Below are positions 21,934 through 33,411 of a DNA stretch of 64,000 nt, in pieces (the first letter of the stretch is position 1; each line of letters starts with the position of its first letter). The notes under the pieces were generated by a model that was given only the letters and a program-made list of their open reading frames with translations, was not told the origin of the DNA and did not search any database. Both the position numbers and the translations under genes were made by a program. The DNA is from Podarcis filfolensis (Eukaryota): assembly GCA_964270895.1 (NCBI GenBank), contig OZ185441.1; one strand, written 5' to 3'.

Positions 21934-23270
21934 TTAAACACTAGAGGTTTATTCATATTTCCTGGGACATATGGGATAAAACGTAGTTTTCTGCTGTATC
22001 TAGTCTGTACACTTCGCTACAAAAATCACTCTGCTTCAACCATGCAATGGTCGGCGGCCATTTTTGTGCAAGCATGTTATTACATTTTGAAAAGGGCTAC
22101 AGGTCCATTAAGATGGATGGCACCGCAGAAACGCCTCGTTTTAGATCTAAGAATCTCAAGTGCTGACAGTTTAACAAGATGTCAAGTCTGTGCTCCAAGG
22201 TATCACGTTGAAAAGAAAGATATTCTTGGAAAGCCAGCATAGTGTGGCTTGAACGGTGCATGAAATCGTCTGTTCAAAAAGCAATTACTGGTGTGTGAAG
22301 GATAAAGTACTTGGCCCTCAATAAAACTGGCAAGGCTGTAAGCTTGGATGTTTTTACAGCAGAAGTTTGTATTTCAGAAGGCCCTGCAATACAAAGACTG
22401 CCATACCATACCGAGATAGATTTATTCCCCAAATACATCACAGCATCACCAATTTTTCCCCTCCACCAATTCAACAGAGTCCACACCTGAATTGTCTGGG
22501 AGGGGAGAGGGGTTATTGGTTTGTTCTCTTCTTCATTTTGCTTTTAGGATGCATTTTGCGCTTTTATCCTGTATTTTTATGCTGTGAATCGTCCTGAGAT
22601 CTTCAGATGAAGGGTGGCATACAAATTTAATAAATAAAATAATCTGGCAATGACAATTTAATTCATTTTTGTATCCAGCTGTAAGAATTTTGCTTTCTAA
22701 GCCCGCTTCCCATGAGTTCTCCTTGGAAGCAAAATTAAAGTTCAGCTGATGTCTGTTAGATGCGATGCAGTCTACCTAAGAATACTGCTTTATTTGAAGT
22801 GGGGGAAGGGAAAGCAGGGAAGAGCCTCACTAACATAATATACCAGTCACTTCATCTCCTGCCAGCAAATGCTCTTGAATAACATCCAATGGGGTCAGCT
22901 TCCTTGCAGAATGAATTTCCAGATTTCGGGGAGGTGGGACAGGCATGGCGGGCTGCAAAAGCAGGAGAGGAAGGGGATGTGTTGTTGTGTCTGGTGGCTT
23001 CTTAAGAGTTTAAAAAGCTATTCAATGTACGTGTCATATTTAATTTGAAAAACCAGCAATTCTTGCTATGTGACTCGAGATTCTATTGTTTTATGATTGT
23101 TTCTGTCATTACTGCTGCTAGTACCACATACTGCCCCAGATGATGGTGTGCAATGGTAGTAGCACCGTCTTGGAATCTAGCGGGTCCGAGATCGCTCAGC
23201 CAGGAGAGCTAGGAGAAGGGGGCTTGGACTGCTCTGCTTATCAAGTCAATTTGTTCCGGACAGAAGACAT

Positions 23271-23808
23271 GTTGTTGTTGTTGTTGTTTAGTCGTTTAGT
23301 CGTGTTCGACTCTTCGTGACCCCATGGACCAGAGCACACCAGGCCCTCCTGTCTTCCACTGCCTCCCACAGTTTGGTCAGATTCATGTTTGTAGCTTCGA
23401 GAACACCGTCCAACCATCTCGTCCCCTGTCGTCCCCTTCTCCTTGTGCCCTCCATCTTTCCCAACATCAGGGTCTTTTCCAGGGAGTCTTCTCTTCTCAT
23501 GAGGCGGCCAAAGTATTGGAGCCTCAGCTTCAGGATCTGTCCTTCCAGTGAGCACTCAGGGCTGATCTCCTTAAGAATGGATACGTTTGATCTTCTTGCA
23601 GTCCACGGGACTCTCAAGAGTCTCCTCCAGCACCATAATTCAAAAGCATCAATTCTTCGGCGATCAGCCTTCTTGATGGTCCAGCTCTCACTTCCATACA
23701 TCACTATTGGAAAAACCATGGCATTAACTATACGGATCTTTGTTGGTAAGGTGATGTCTCTGCTTTTTAAGATGCTGTCTAGGTTTGCCATTGCCTTTCT
23801 TCCAAGTA
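23271..23808 (-). mobile_element. Bov-B LINE 3' fragment
   Basis: ORF 23288..23908 carries NLDSILKSRDITLPTK...IDAFELWCWRRLLRVPWTARR; 11-bp TSD ACAGAAGACAT. Confidence 0.95.
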
Positions 23809-26800
23809 ACAGAAGACATACATACACACAAAGCAATAAACCGCGGGAACCAAACACTGCACTGGTACAAATAATTGCAATGAACTGTATCATCATTTTT
23901 GATGCCACTTAAGAAATCAATTAGAATGAGCAGAGACATCTTTTCATATCTCATCAAGTAACAGAAGGGGGAAATATATGAATGCCACATATTAAAGAAT
24001 AGTTTCTAAGGATTGAAAATAATTTCTCTTTGTAAAAAATCAAAAAGGCTTGCTTATTCTTCCCCCCACCCCTTAAGCTCAAAACACATGTATCTACTTA
24101 ACTTTAATCCTTAGCTTTTGTCTATTTCTTTGGGCTCACTTTCAATATATGATGCTATTCTATAAAGGAACTGCAGCCCTAACGCCTGCAGCCGTGTGAA
24201 GCCACACCACTAGTCAGAGCAGATTATTACACCGAGGATCCCTTCCAGGGCCTAAAAATAATGCATCAAATTTAAATGCTTTTTGCCAGCTTCAGTTTCT
24301 AGTGGTTGTGTACTAAAGACTCTTGACTGCCCTTGCTTAGCGTCTCCTAATCCCTCCCAGCGGTTTCTATGGTATCAGCAAACAGCTCTCTCAGGCCCTG
24401 TGGAACCAGGTTGTGGGAATCACGGAGAAACACTGCTTCCAACTTGACCTACTTTCGCAGAATAAGACATACGGGATGCCACATCTGATTACAATGACTC
24501 TGCCCATTACAGCCTTATGGGGTTGTCTGATGCAGAGTGCCATGTCAAATTCAGACAGGCGGAAAGCCCAGGCATATTTTCAAAACAACACTGGCACGCA
24601 CGGCCCTCATTCTGAAAACATCCCAGGCACATTTCAGCTTGGGCTCCGTCGAGATAAAACGAGAGAGAATTATGGGGTGTAATAGAAATTCCCAAGAACC
24701 AGAGATGACTCCCCTCAGGGGTAAGAGTAGGTTAATAAATATTTTGTTCCCAACTGGTGAACAAGACTCGCGGTTCAGTGAGTGGTAACCTCGCTCCCTC
24801 GTTTTCAATATTTATGGAGGAACAAGCAGAGATACAGAATTCCTCACCGCCAAGAACTGACGAGGTTTTTTTGAGGGGGGGGGGCCGGTTGTGCTTTTTC
24901 CCTTGGAAAAAAAACAATGCAGAAGATCAAAGTCAATAAAAGAACATCCCGATAAATCAGACCGGAAAAGATAGCATGATTTTAGAGCTAATTCTCTAAC
25001 CACAGAAGGAGGCATGACTTCTACAATGTGCCTTTTTCTTACGAATTCTCAAAGGAACAGAGTTTCAAGAGACTTAAGCTAAAGAGTGAAATCCAATGCT
25101 ATGAAAGCAGATTTCTCCTTTCGCTCCTCCCACTGCAGCCCCCCGGTATTTGTCTGAGGGTACCCCAACCTCCAGCGCAGAGTTTGGAGGCTTGTGGGGG
25201 TTGCAAGGCGGGGAGAGGGAGGTGAACTCCCACTGGGCCAGCAGATGTCTGTTTGGAGATAATCCTGTTAAAACTTGTACAGAATAAACTGGAATCACAC
25301 AGAAATTCTCCCCTCCCTGCAAAAAAGCAGCTAAGGCCCTGATCCAGTTCTCATCATGAAAGAGTTATGGACCCAACCATTTGCACCTAATGCTCTGTTT
25401 TAATAAAAGTAGTTTGAGGATGTTCATTAAACTGATGTGCTTTGGTTGCAGGGAGCTTTTAAAGTTATTTTTAGTCATTTGTCATGTATTTTATTGCCAC
25501 TTGTATTAGCTGTTTTGAGTATTTTTTTTTTAAAGCGGAATAAAACTGTTCGGCCGTAGGTAACACACCACTATTGTGGTTTCCTCTTCCCTGCTCTAAC
25601 AATACACAAGCTACAGAGTTCTGTAGCTTTCAAGCTGCACAGCTCTGTCAAGTTAGAATGGTGATATATAACTTCAAACATAGGACAATTATCACTCAGT
25701 TTTTCCAGTTCTAAATAATTAACTGATTAGTATTTACTCCTACTGGAATCAAGATGGCAGTGACTGTGTGCAAACTTAATTTGTGCAAACCTGCTTGACT
25801 TTCATAATGTATTCCTTAAAATATGCATATTTTTAGCACAAAATTCCAAGGCGCTGGCTGCATGACATTGAAAGGTCCAGGAACATTAGACAAGCAAATC
25901 AATCTGAATACTGAAATAAAAAGGACTGATTGCCGGGCATCTAAGGGGAACAGGATTTGGTAACATCCTCTCTTAGCATGCCACAACTCTGAGCTGCAGG
26001 CTAAGAAGAGATTCTTAACACGGATAAGATTAGTCAGGTAAAATGGCCCTTAGCAACAGGCAACATCCTAAACTGAGCAGCCAACTGGTTCTCTTTATAT
26101 ATCCAAGCATGCTACTTATGAAAGCAATGCACAGAAAGCAGTCTTGCAAAATGAGCTACTAGTGCTCTCCTTTTCCAGCAAGAGATCCGGATAAAAAAAA
26201 ATCATTTGGAGAGGCTGAAGCTGAATCTAATAGCAAAGAGAATATAAAAACTCACAAATACTTCTAAACACACTAAAACATCATCTCCAGGCCAAACTGG
26301 ATGTGATAGGGCAAGCCATGTGGACTTTTATACAATGCCTGCTCCACGCTTATACAAAAGGGGGAGGGTGTACTATTTACACAAAATGGAGGGCACAAGG
26401 GAGGGGAGGGAAATCAACTTTTAAGTCATTCTTTGCCTCCTCAACTCAGCATTGGAAATGGGCTGGAGAAAATGAGCTTAAAAAGCAGCAGAGTGCAATA
26501 AGAGATGGCAATGGAGGTTTGTTCTTGCACCCAACGCTTCTTTTCAGATAAAGAAAGCAGACTGAACCACACACAGAGAGACAATTAAAAAAAAAATAAA
26601 ACGGAGATGTTGTATGGCTGCCCTAGGCTCCTTCAAGAGGAAGACCAAGATAAACATACATTAATAATAATAATCAAATAAGGAACATGCATCACTATGG
26701 CCCTGTCACATCTGGTTTGATCCTTAGTGTGAGCATTATTTTATTATGCTGACTGGTAAGTACTGTAGTTGGATTAAAGCCTGAAAATGTTATGAATCAG

Positions 26801-26954
26801 GGGCCACAGTAGTCAGTGGTGACTAGGCTTTGGTTTTCCTTTTCACTACCGTGTCGTAAGTCAAATCCAAAGAATGCACCACATTTTATTTTAAAGCCAC
26901 ATTTCCTCCAAAGGTTCCCAAGTCTGCGCATATGGTTCTCCTCCTGTACATTCA

Positions 26955-27653
26955 AGTGCCTTCCATCAGCTTCAGATGGTGGTCCAGCTACACCCCTATC
27001 TGGACAAGGATAGCCTAACTACTGGTGTCTATGCTCTGGTAACCTCAAGGTTAGATTACTGCAATGCATTATACGAACTGCCTCTGAAGACAGTTCGGAA
27101 ACTTCAGCTGGTGCAGAATTCAGCGGCCAGGTTGCTCACTGCAGCAAGATGGTTTAAGCATATTACACCGATCCTGGTCCGAATGCACTGGCTACCAATT
27201 AGTTTCTGGGCCCAATTCAAAGTGCTGGTTTTGACCTATAAAGCCTTAAACGGCTCAGGACCACCTCTCTCCTTATGAAGCTTCCCAGACCCCGAGATCA
27301 TCTTCTGAGGCCCTTCTTCATGTGCTTCCTCCTCGAGAGGTCCGGAGGGTGGCAACTTGAGAAAGGGCCTTTTCTGCAGTGGCTCCCCGTCTGTGGAATG
27401 CTCTCCCCAGGGAAGTTCACCTGGCACCTTCATTACACAGCTTTAGGCGCCAGGCAAAAACATTCCTTTTTAACTGGGCCTTTGGTTGATTTGATTAACA
27501 TCCTATGCCCTTTGAAAATGTGGGGTTTGTTGTTTTTGTTGTTGTTTTTATTTTGATTATATATTTTGTAGTTTTATATTTAGATTTTGCTCTGTGAACC
27601 GCCCTGAGACCTCCAGGTATAGGGCAGTATATAAATTCAATATATAATAATAG
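26955..27653 (+). mobile_element. L2-clade LINE 3' fragment
   Basis: ORF 26976..27278 RLDYCNALY...QNSAARL...HWLPI; a MITE sits in its TAA tail. Confidence 0.88.
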
Positions 27654-27655
27654 TA

Positions 27656-27900
27656 CAGTCATACCTCATGTTACGTTCTTTCAGGTTACGTCCCGCGGCG
27701 ACCCGGAAGTACTGGAAAGGGTTACTTCCAGGTTTTGCCATTCGCACATGCACAGAAGCGCAAAATGACATCATGCACATGCGCAGGAGTGGCAAATTGC
27801 AAACCCGCGCATGCGCAGACGCGCCACTGCAGGTTGCGCTCTTTTCATGTTGCGAACAGGCCTCCGGAACGGATCCCGTTCACAACCAGAGGTACCACTG
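27656..27900. mobile_element. Tc1/mariner MITE, asymmetric-end family
   Basis: CAGTCATACCTC ... GAGGTACCACTG; TA TSD inside the L2 tail. Confidence 0.88.
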
Positions 27901-28416
27901 TAATAATAATCTTTACAGTCACCCTTTGAAATAGGTTCACCAGAGAGTTAGTTACTGTCACCTAGTGAGCGTCATCGCTGAGTGGAGACTTAAAATCGTG
28001 TCTCTCTGGTCCCAGTCAGATACTACAACCATTATGCCATGCTGGTTCTAGAACTGCATTGCTTTTCTCTCTTCATGCTTCAAATTTTGGGTCACATTAG
28101 TTAATAACATCCAATTCTAGTCTACTGCTGTTTTGCCTCTGCTAAACTAAGGGGCATGCAACAGCTTGGATCTGGAGAGGTCTACTCAAGCCATAACATA
28201 CAACTCTATCAGCCACCATTCCACTAGAGCTCTTTGCAACAGTGAGGCCTCCTACAGGAGCCTTGCTGGGACCAACCCACTGCTTGCCTCCTCCCTTCCC
28301 AGAAGCTTCTCCGGCAATGGCCATCATGTAACAGCAGAAAAGACTGGACACCGGAAGATAACCTGTTTTCCTTTCCCTTTCCTATTCACAGAGTTGAGTT
28401 TAGCAATCTCCATATA

Positions 28417-28603
28417 CAGTACCACCTCCGGTCACGAATGAGATCCGTTCCGGAGGTCCGGCCACATCCCGAGGAATTCGCAACTGGAGGACTGCTTCTG
28501 CGCATGCGCGCGAGGCAAAACCTGGAAAAATACTTCTGGGTTTGCCACGTTTGCAACCCGAAGTTTACATATCCAGAGGAATGCGTAAGCGGAGGTATGA
28601 CCT
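28417..28603. mobile_element. Tc1/mariner MITE, asymmetric-end family (opposite orientation)
   Basis: CAGTACCACCTC ... GAGGTATGAC; body matches 63680. Confidence 0.75.
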
Positions 28604-29388
28604 TATCTATTAATGCATATTGATAAAGGAGACCTTTTAATAGAATCAATGAGTTGGAAGGTGCCATGAGGATAATCTAATCCAACCCTCTGCTTTGGCA
28701 ATACAAAATCTTATACATACACTTTTATTCAGGAGACTGAATAACAAGTCACCAGATTCTCTTTTCTAAAGTCAACGTAACCAGATATGACATAAGAAAC
28801 AGATTTTAGGGGATACTGAAATTAACTTCTATGCATGTACAAGACTGGAAAGAATGCAACTGCCGTAATTATACATTTATTGTGAGCATGAAAAAATATT
28901 TTATGAATTTTCTTCCGAGTCATGTTTGTCATTCCTACCCCATCATTCAGCATTCTCTTTTGTACTGCTGACATCTAGTGGTCGATTTTAAGTATGCCAG
29001 CTCATGTTGCCCAAAGTAATACATAATTTAGGAGGTCAGAGCTGCAAATAGAATAATACTTCTTAATGGTTCTCTCTGAAAAGCTGTCAAAAGTGAATGC
29101 ATTTTCGAAACTCTACTCTTCACAGTGAGGAGAAATTGATATCAACATGTTGTGCAATATTTATAATAACGAAAGCAGCTCCGGGGGGGGGGGGGGGGGG
29201 ACTCAAGGCAAAACTAAGCGCGGGAAAAGGCTTGTGGACATATGGGATGGATCTAAGCCAGAGCTTTCCAAATTGTGTATTGCAACATGTTAGTGTGTCA
29301 CTTGCAGTGTGTAGGTGTGTCACACGAACACTCCCTGCACTACTTCCGGGGCTGGAAAGGGGTTAGTTTAACCTCGAGTTTGCAAGTA

Positions 29389-29620
29389 CAGTGGTACCTC
29401 TGGTTACAAACTTAATTCGTTATGGAGGTCCGTTCTTAACATGAAACCATTCTTAACCTGAGGTACCACTTTAGCTAATGGGGCCCTCCCGCCCCCGCCA
29501 CACGATTTCTGTTCTCATCCTGAGGTAACGTTTTTAACCCCAGGTACTACTTCTGGGTTAGCGGAGTCAGTAACCTGAAGTGTTTGTAACCCAAGGTGTT
29601 TGTAACCTAAGGTACCACTG
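29389..29620. mobile_element. Tc1/mariner MITE
   Basis: TIR CAGTGGTACCT; TA TSD. Confidence 0.9.
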
Positions 29621-29633
29621 TAAAATTGAATTA

Positions 29634-29960
29634 AAGGTAAAGGTAAAGGGACCCCTGACCATTAGGTCCAGTCATGGCTGACTCTGGGGTTGTGGCGCTC
29701 ATCTCGCTTTATTGGCCGAGGGAGCAGGTGACCAGCATGACTGGCAAACCAGAACAGCAGACAGAAACACTGTTTACCTTCCTGCTGGAGTGGTACCTAT
29801 TTATCTACTTGCACTTTGACGTGCTTTCGAACTGCTAGGTTGGCAGGAGCAAGGACTGAGCAACGGGAGCTCACCCCATCGCGGGGATTCGAACCGCCGA
29901 CCTTGTGATTGGCAAGTCCTAGGTTCTGTGGTTTAACCCACAGCGCCACCTGCGTCCCCA
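29634..29960 (-). mobile_element. Sauria SINE
   Basis: (TAAAGG)n tail at left; TSD AAAA(T/C)TGAATTA (29622-29633, 29961-29972). Confidence 0.93.
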
Positions 29961-31199
29961 AAAACTGAATTACTCCGTCTCAAAATGATGCATGTCCAAA
30001 AAGTGTGTCACCAACATGAAAAGTTTGGAAAGCTCTGATCTAAGCTGTATTTAAATAGATACTAAATATTACTATACTCCTAACCCATTTTTCTTGGGTC
30101 TCCCCAGGGTCTCCAATCCAGGTAACTGATTACACCCCACAGTCGCTTAGCTTCAGCAATAACTGCAGCATCAGGACATTTATTGGACCCAGTATTTAGA
30201 CTGCTTGTCTTATCAAGTAGGTGACTAATGAACAGAATAATCCTATACACGACAACTCAAGAGTAAAGCCTATTACATTGGGGTGGTCTCTTGTGTTATT
30301 CAAAAGCACGCTACAGAAAAAGAAAAGGATATGAAATAAATGAGAGAGCATTTTCTTATTTAGTATTCTTGTCTAGTATCTCAGGAGAGAAAAAAAGAAC
30401 TTTCTTTCACCAGGGACATCCTATAAAGTTCTCTCATACCAGTTTATGGCTACTAACAAAAACCAAGATTGTTTTTTAGGTGATAAACTTCATTAGGAAA
30501 CTATAACATAAAGTGGACACTTACACACACAGATGACTGCAGCTCATGTGAAACTCGTATCAATATTTAGGAAGACAATATTTTTGTGCAGACCAAATAT
30601 TTGTGTGCCCTTTAAGATACCTTTGAAGCACTAAAACGTGAACACCTATGCCAACACTCCTGAAAAGGAGCAGGGCAGTGCTTATATCCTGCCTTCCTGT
30701 CCAAAGGATTTCTAATGTGTGTTAGCATTATGCATAGAAGTGTCTTGTGAACAACATACACAGTGATTTAGTTCCCTTAGGCCAGTCTTGGGACCTGGGG
30801 CTCTCTGTGTTTTGGATGACAACTGCCACCAGCCCCCAGTTAGCACGGTCGGTCAACGGTCACAGATGTTGTAGCCCAACAACATTCGAAGGGCACCCTG
30901 ATGGAGAAGGCTGCCTTAGCCAAAACCTGGGTGCGATCCACACACACACACACACACACACACACAGGGAGAGAGAGAGAGAATGAAATTCTCACCTATA
31001 GCCAGTGCTTCTCTGTTTTTGTTCCCAATCTAAAAACATAAAAGAAGAACATGTGAAACCATCTCCAGTAAAATTTCACATAACAGTTCATGCATTTTCT
31101 CGCTCAACTGGGGGGGGGGGGATATAGATCCATGCAAGCACCTCTAAAGAAAAAGGGAGAAGATTTGAAGAAACAGCACCTTGAAGGTTCCACAGAGCT

Positions 31200-31365
31200 G
31201 AAGAGCACTCCTCCAGCATCACCCTCCAGAAATAACCAGCCATGCAAGACCGGAACCACCACAAAGTAGTGGCACCTACCCCTAACTTCAACAGCCACTC
31301 CAGAAAGATACCATGGTCAATGGTATCAAAAGCCACTGAGAGGTTGAAGAGGCTACTGGAATACT
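31200..31365 (-). mobile_element. L2-clade reverse transcriptase fragment
   Basis: LSVAFDTIDHGIFLEWL..LGVG.TTLWWFRS in ORF 31088..31408 resembles the LDLSAAFDTIDH RT motif. Confidence 0.75.
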
Positions 31366-31411
31366 GAATTGTGCATTGAAGATCCTTAAGAGCTCTTAAA
31401 GAAAGCAAGTA

Positions 31412-31640
31412 CAGTGGTGCCTCGCGTTAAGAACTTAATTCATTCCGGAGGTCCGTTCTTAACCTGAAACTGTTCTTAACCTGGGGTACCACTTTAGCTA
31501 ATGGGGCCTCCCGCTTCTGCTGCTGCGCTGCCGCCGCGCGTTTTCTGTTCTCATCCTGAAGCAAAGTTCTTAACCCGAGGTACTATTTGTGGATTAGTGG
31601 AGTCTGTAAACTGAAGCGTCTGTAACCTGAGGTACCACTG
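31412..31640. mobile_element. Tc1/mariner MITE
   Basis: CAGTGGTGCCTC ... GAGGTACCACTG; TA TSD. Confidence 0.9.
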
Positions 31641-32153
31641 TAGTGCATTTAAGCCCCTGCTTAAATACCAGCCTATTTTCATTAGTATCCACATCTCTTT
31701 ATTTTAAAAAATTAAGGGGTAAAAATAGTTTGAAAGTATCAATATAACCTGTTCCTAATCAAACACTTCCCAGTGACTAAATGCTCCCGAGTAAAGAGCA
31801 GAGAACAACCTTAATGCCCCTGAACACTTTCTGACACACCAAATAAGCATAAGAAATGTGGGGCCTGGTGGCCAAATTCAGACCCCAGAGGATCAAAGTC
31901 CCAGGTCCCAAGGAGGTGAGGGCTTTGTGCATATGAAGTGCTTGATCGCACAGAAACAACCGATAGGTGATGGGCTCATTGACCCGGTCCCTTCCAAAAT
32001 GAACTGCAACAGAGGCTCCAACGGAGTTCTCTCCTTACTATGCACTTCAGCTGCTCACTCCTGGGTAGAATCCAAAACACATATGCAACAAGTGGGAGCA
32101 GCTGCAATGCATATGGCAAGAATTCTGCTAACGCCACAGTTGCTATTCAGATA

Positions 32154-32156
<3 letters not shown>

Positions 32157-32225
<69 letters not shown>
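32157..32225. repeat. (TG)n(AG)n compound microsatellite
   Basis: Direct inspection; similar (CA)n(GA)n at about 30940-30982 and 38266-38300. Confidence 0.92.
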
Positions 32226-32227
<2 letters not shown>

Positions 32228-32331
32228 TTAACAGGAGCCGCCTAAGAGCACCTTGTGTGATCAGCAGGTGGAGCCAATGTTACCAAGCCTCCAAGTCCTC
32301 TCAATTGGAATCAGAGGCCCTATTACAAGTA

Positions 32332-32925
32332 CAGTGGTGCCCCACAAGACGAACGCCTCGCAAGACGAAAAACCCGCTAGACGAAAGGGTTTTTCCGTTT
32401 TGGAGGCGCTTCGCAAAACGAATTTCCCTATGGGCTTCCTTCGCAAGACGAAAGCCCATAGGGAAATCTCCAGGACAGCGGGGAAGCGCAGCGCGTCTTC
32501 CCCACTGTCCTCGGACCTCCTCCGAAGGCTGGCAGTGGGGCGGAGAGACCTTCTCCCCGCGCCAGCCTTCAGATGGCTGTCCTGAAGACTTGCAGTGGGA
32601 GGAGGGTTTTCCTTCCCACCGCCAACATTCAGAATGCTGTTCTGAATGTTGGCGGTGGGGAGGAAAAACCCTCCTCCCACCGCAAGCCCCGGGAACAGAG
32701 GAGAAGCGCTGTGTGCCTTCCCCTCTGTTCCCGTACCTGTCCTGAAGGCTTGCGGTGGGGAGAAAAGCCCTTCTCCGCACCGCCAGCCTGGCAAGCGGTC
32801 TCCATAGGAACGCATTAATTGATTTTCAATGCATTCCTATGGGAAACCCTGCTTCGCAAGACGAAAAACTCGCAAGAAGAAAAAACTTGCGGAACGAATT
32901 AATTTCGTCTTGCGAGGCACCACTG
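32332..32925. mobile_element. Long Tc1/mariner MITE (594 bp) with an internal hairpin array
   Basis: TIR CAGTGGTGCC..(G/A)CAAGACGAA; TA TSD. Confidence 0.88.
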
Positions 32926-33396
32926 TAATTTGTTGACTAAGGGACTGACATATCTGATGCTTCATCTTAGCTTGTGAGGTTTTAACATAAAATTCAGTAT
33001 TACAAGGTAACAAATATCTTGTCACAAGTAACTGAACATGCAAGGGGGGGAAAGACAACCTCACAGTTCACCACTGTTCAGTGATGTGGGCCCAGTCAGA
33101 AACCCATCATTAAGTCAGAAAAGCACCAACCAATTTGGACATGTCAACTGTAAACAATTGCCATCATTATTTCTTGAGAACAGCCACTGTGAATGCTAAA
33201 CCACAGAAGATGACCATGTTCTACTACATCATGTATTTCGGTGTTTTCTCATTTCATTGGCGAAAAGGCTGGCAGGGGGCAGTTTTGCTGTGCCAGAAAA
33301 CCCAAAGACGGCCCTGGTTTCCTTGGATAGCTACTGCTTTGCTTTCTGGGCAAAGAGACTGCTAATCCTGCACAAGATGGGAGCTGGCCTGCTTAC

Positions 33397-33411
33397 CTGA
33401 GCAGCTGAAAC
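33397..33411 (-). other. CYRIB: Candidate 15-nt CYRIB leader microexon GTTTCAGCTGCTCAG
   Basis: TTTTTTTACTCTCAG acceptor and CAG|GTAAGC donor only 15 nt apart. Confidence 0.45.

Larger units (their letters stand above)
29259..30037. mobile_element. hAT-type MITE hosting a mariner MITE and a SINE
   Basis: Perfect 14-bp TIR CAGAGCTTTCCAAA; perfect 8-bp TSD ATCTAAGC (29251-29258, 30038-30045). Confidence 0.9.

Noticed and set aside
23288-23912. Longest ORFs (206 and 198 aa) and similar ones at 7670, 60886 and 61029 as genes
   Set aside because: They are sense and antisense readings of truncated Bov-B fragments with TSDs.
32519-32790. CRISPR-like repeat array
   Set aside because: Eukaryotic DNA, degenerate hairpin units inside a MITE, no unique spacers and no cas genes.
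32161-32815. Overlapping 110-194 aa ORFs
   Set aside because: They start in a microsatellite and run through a GC-rich MITE; no protein family is recognisable.
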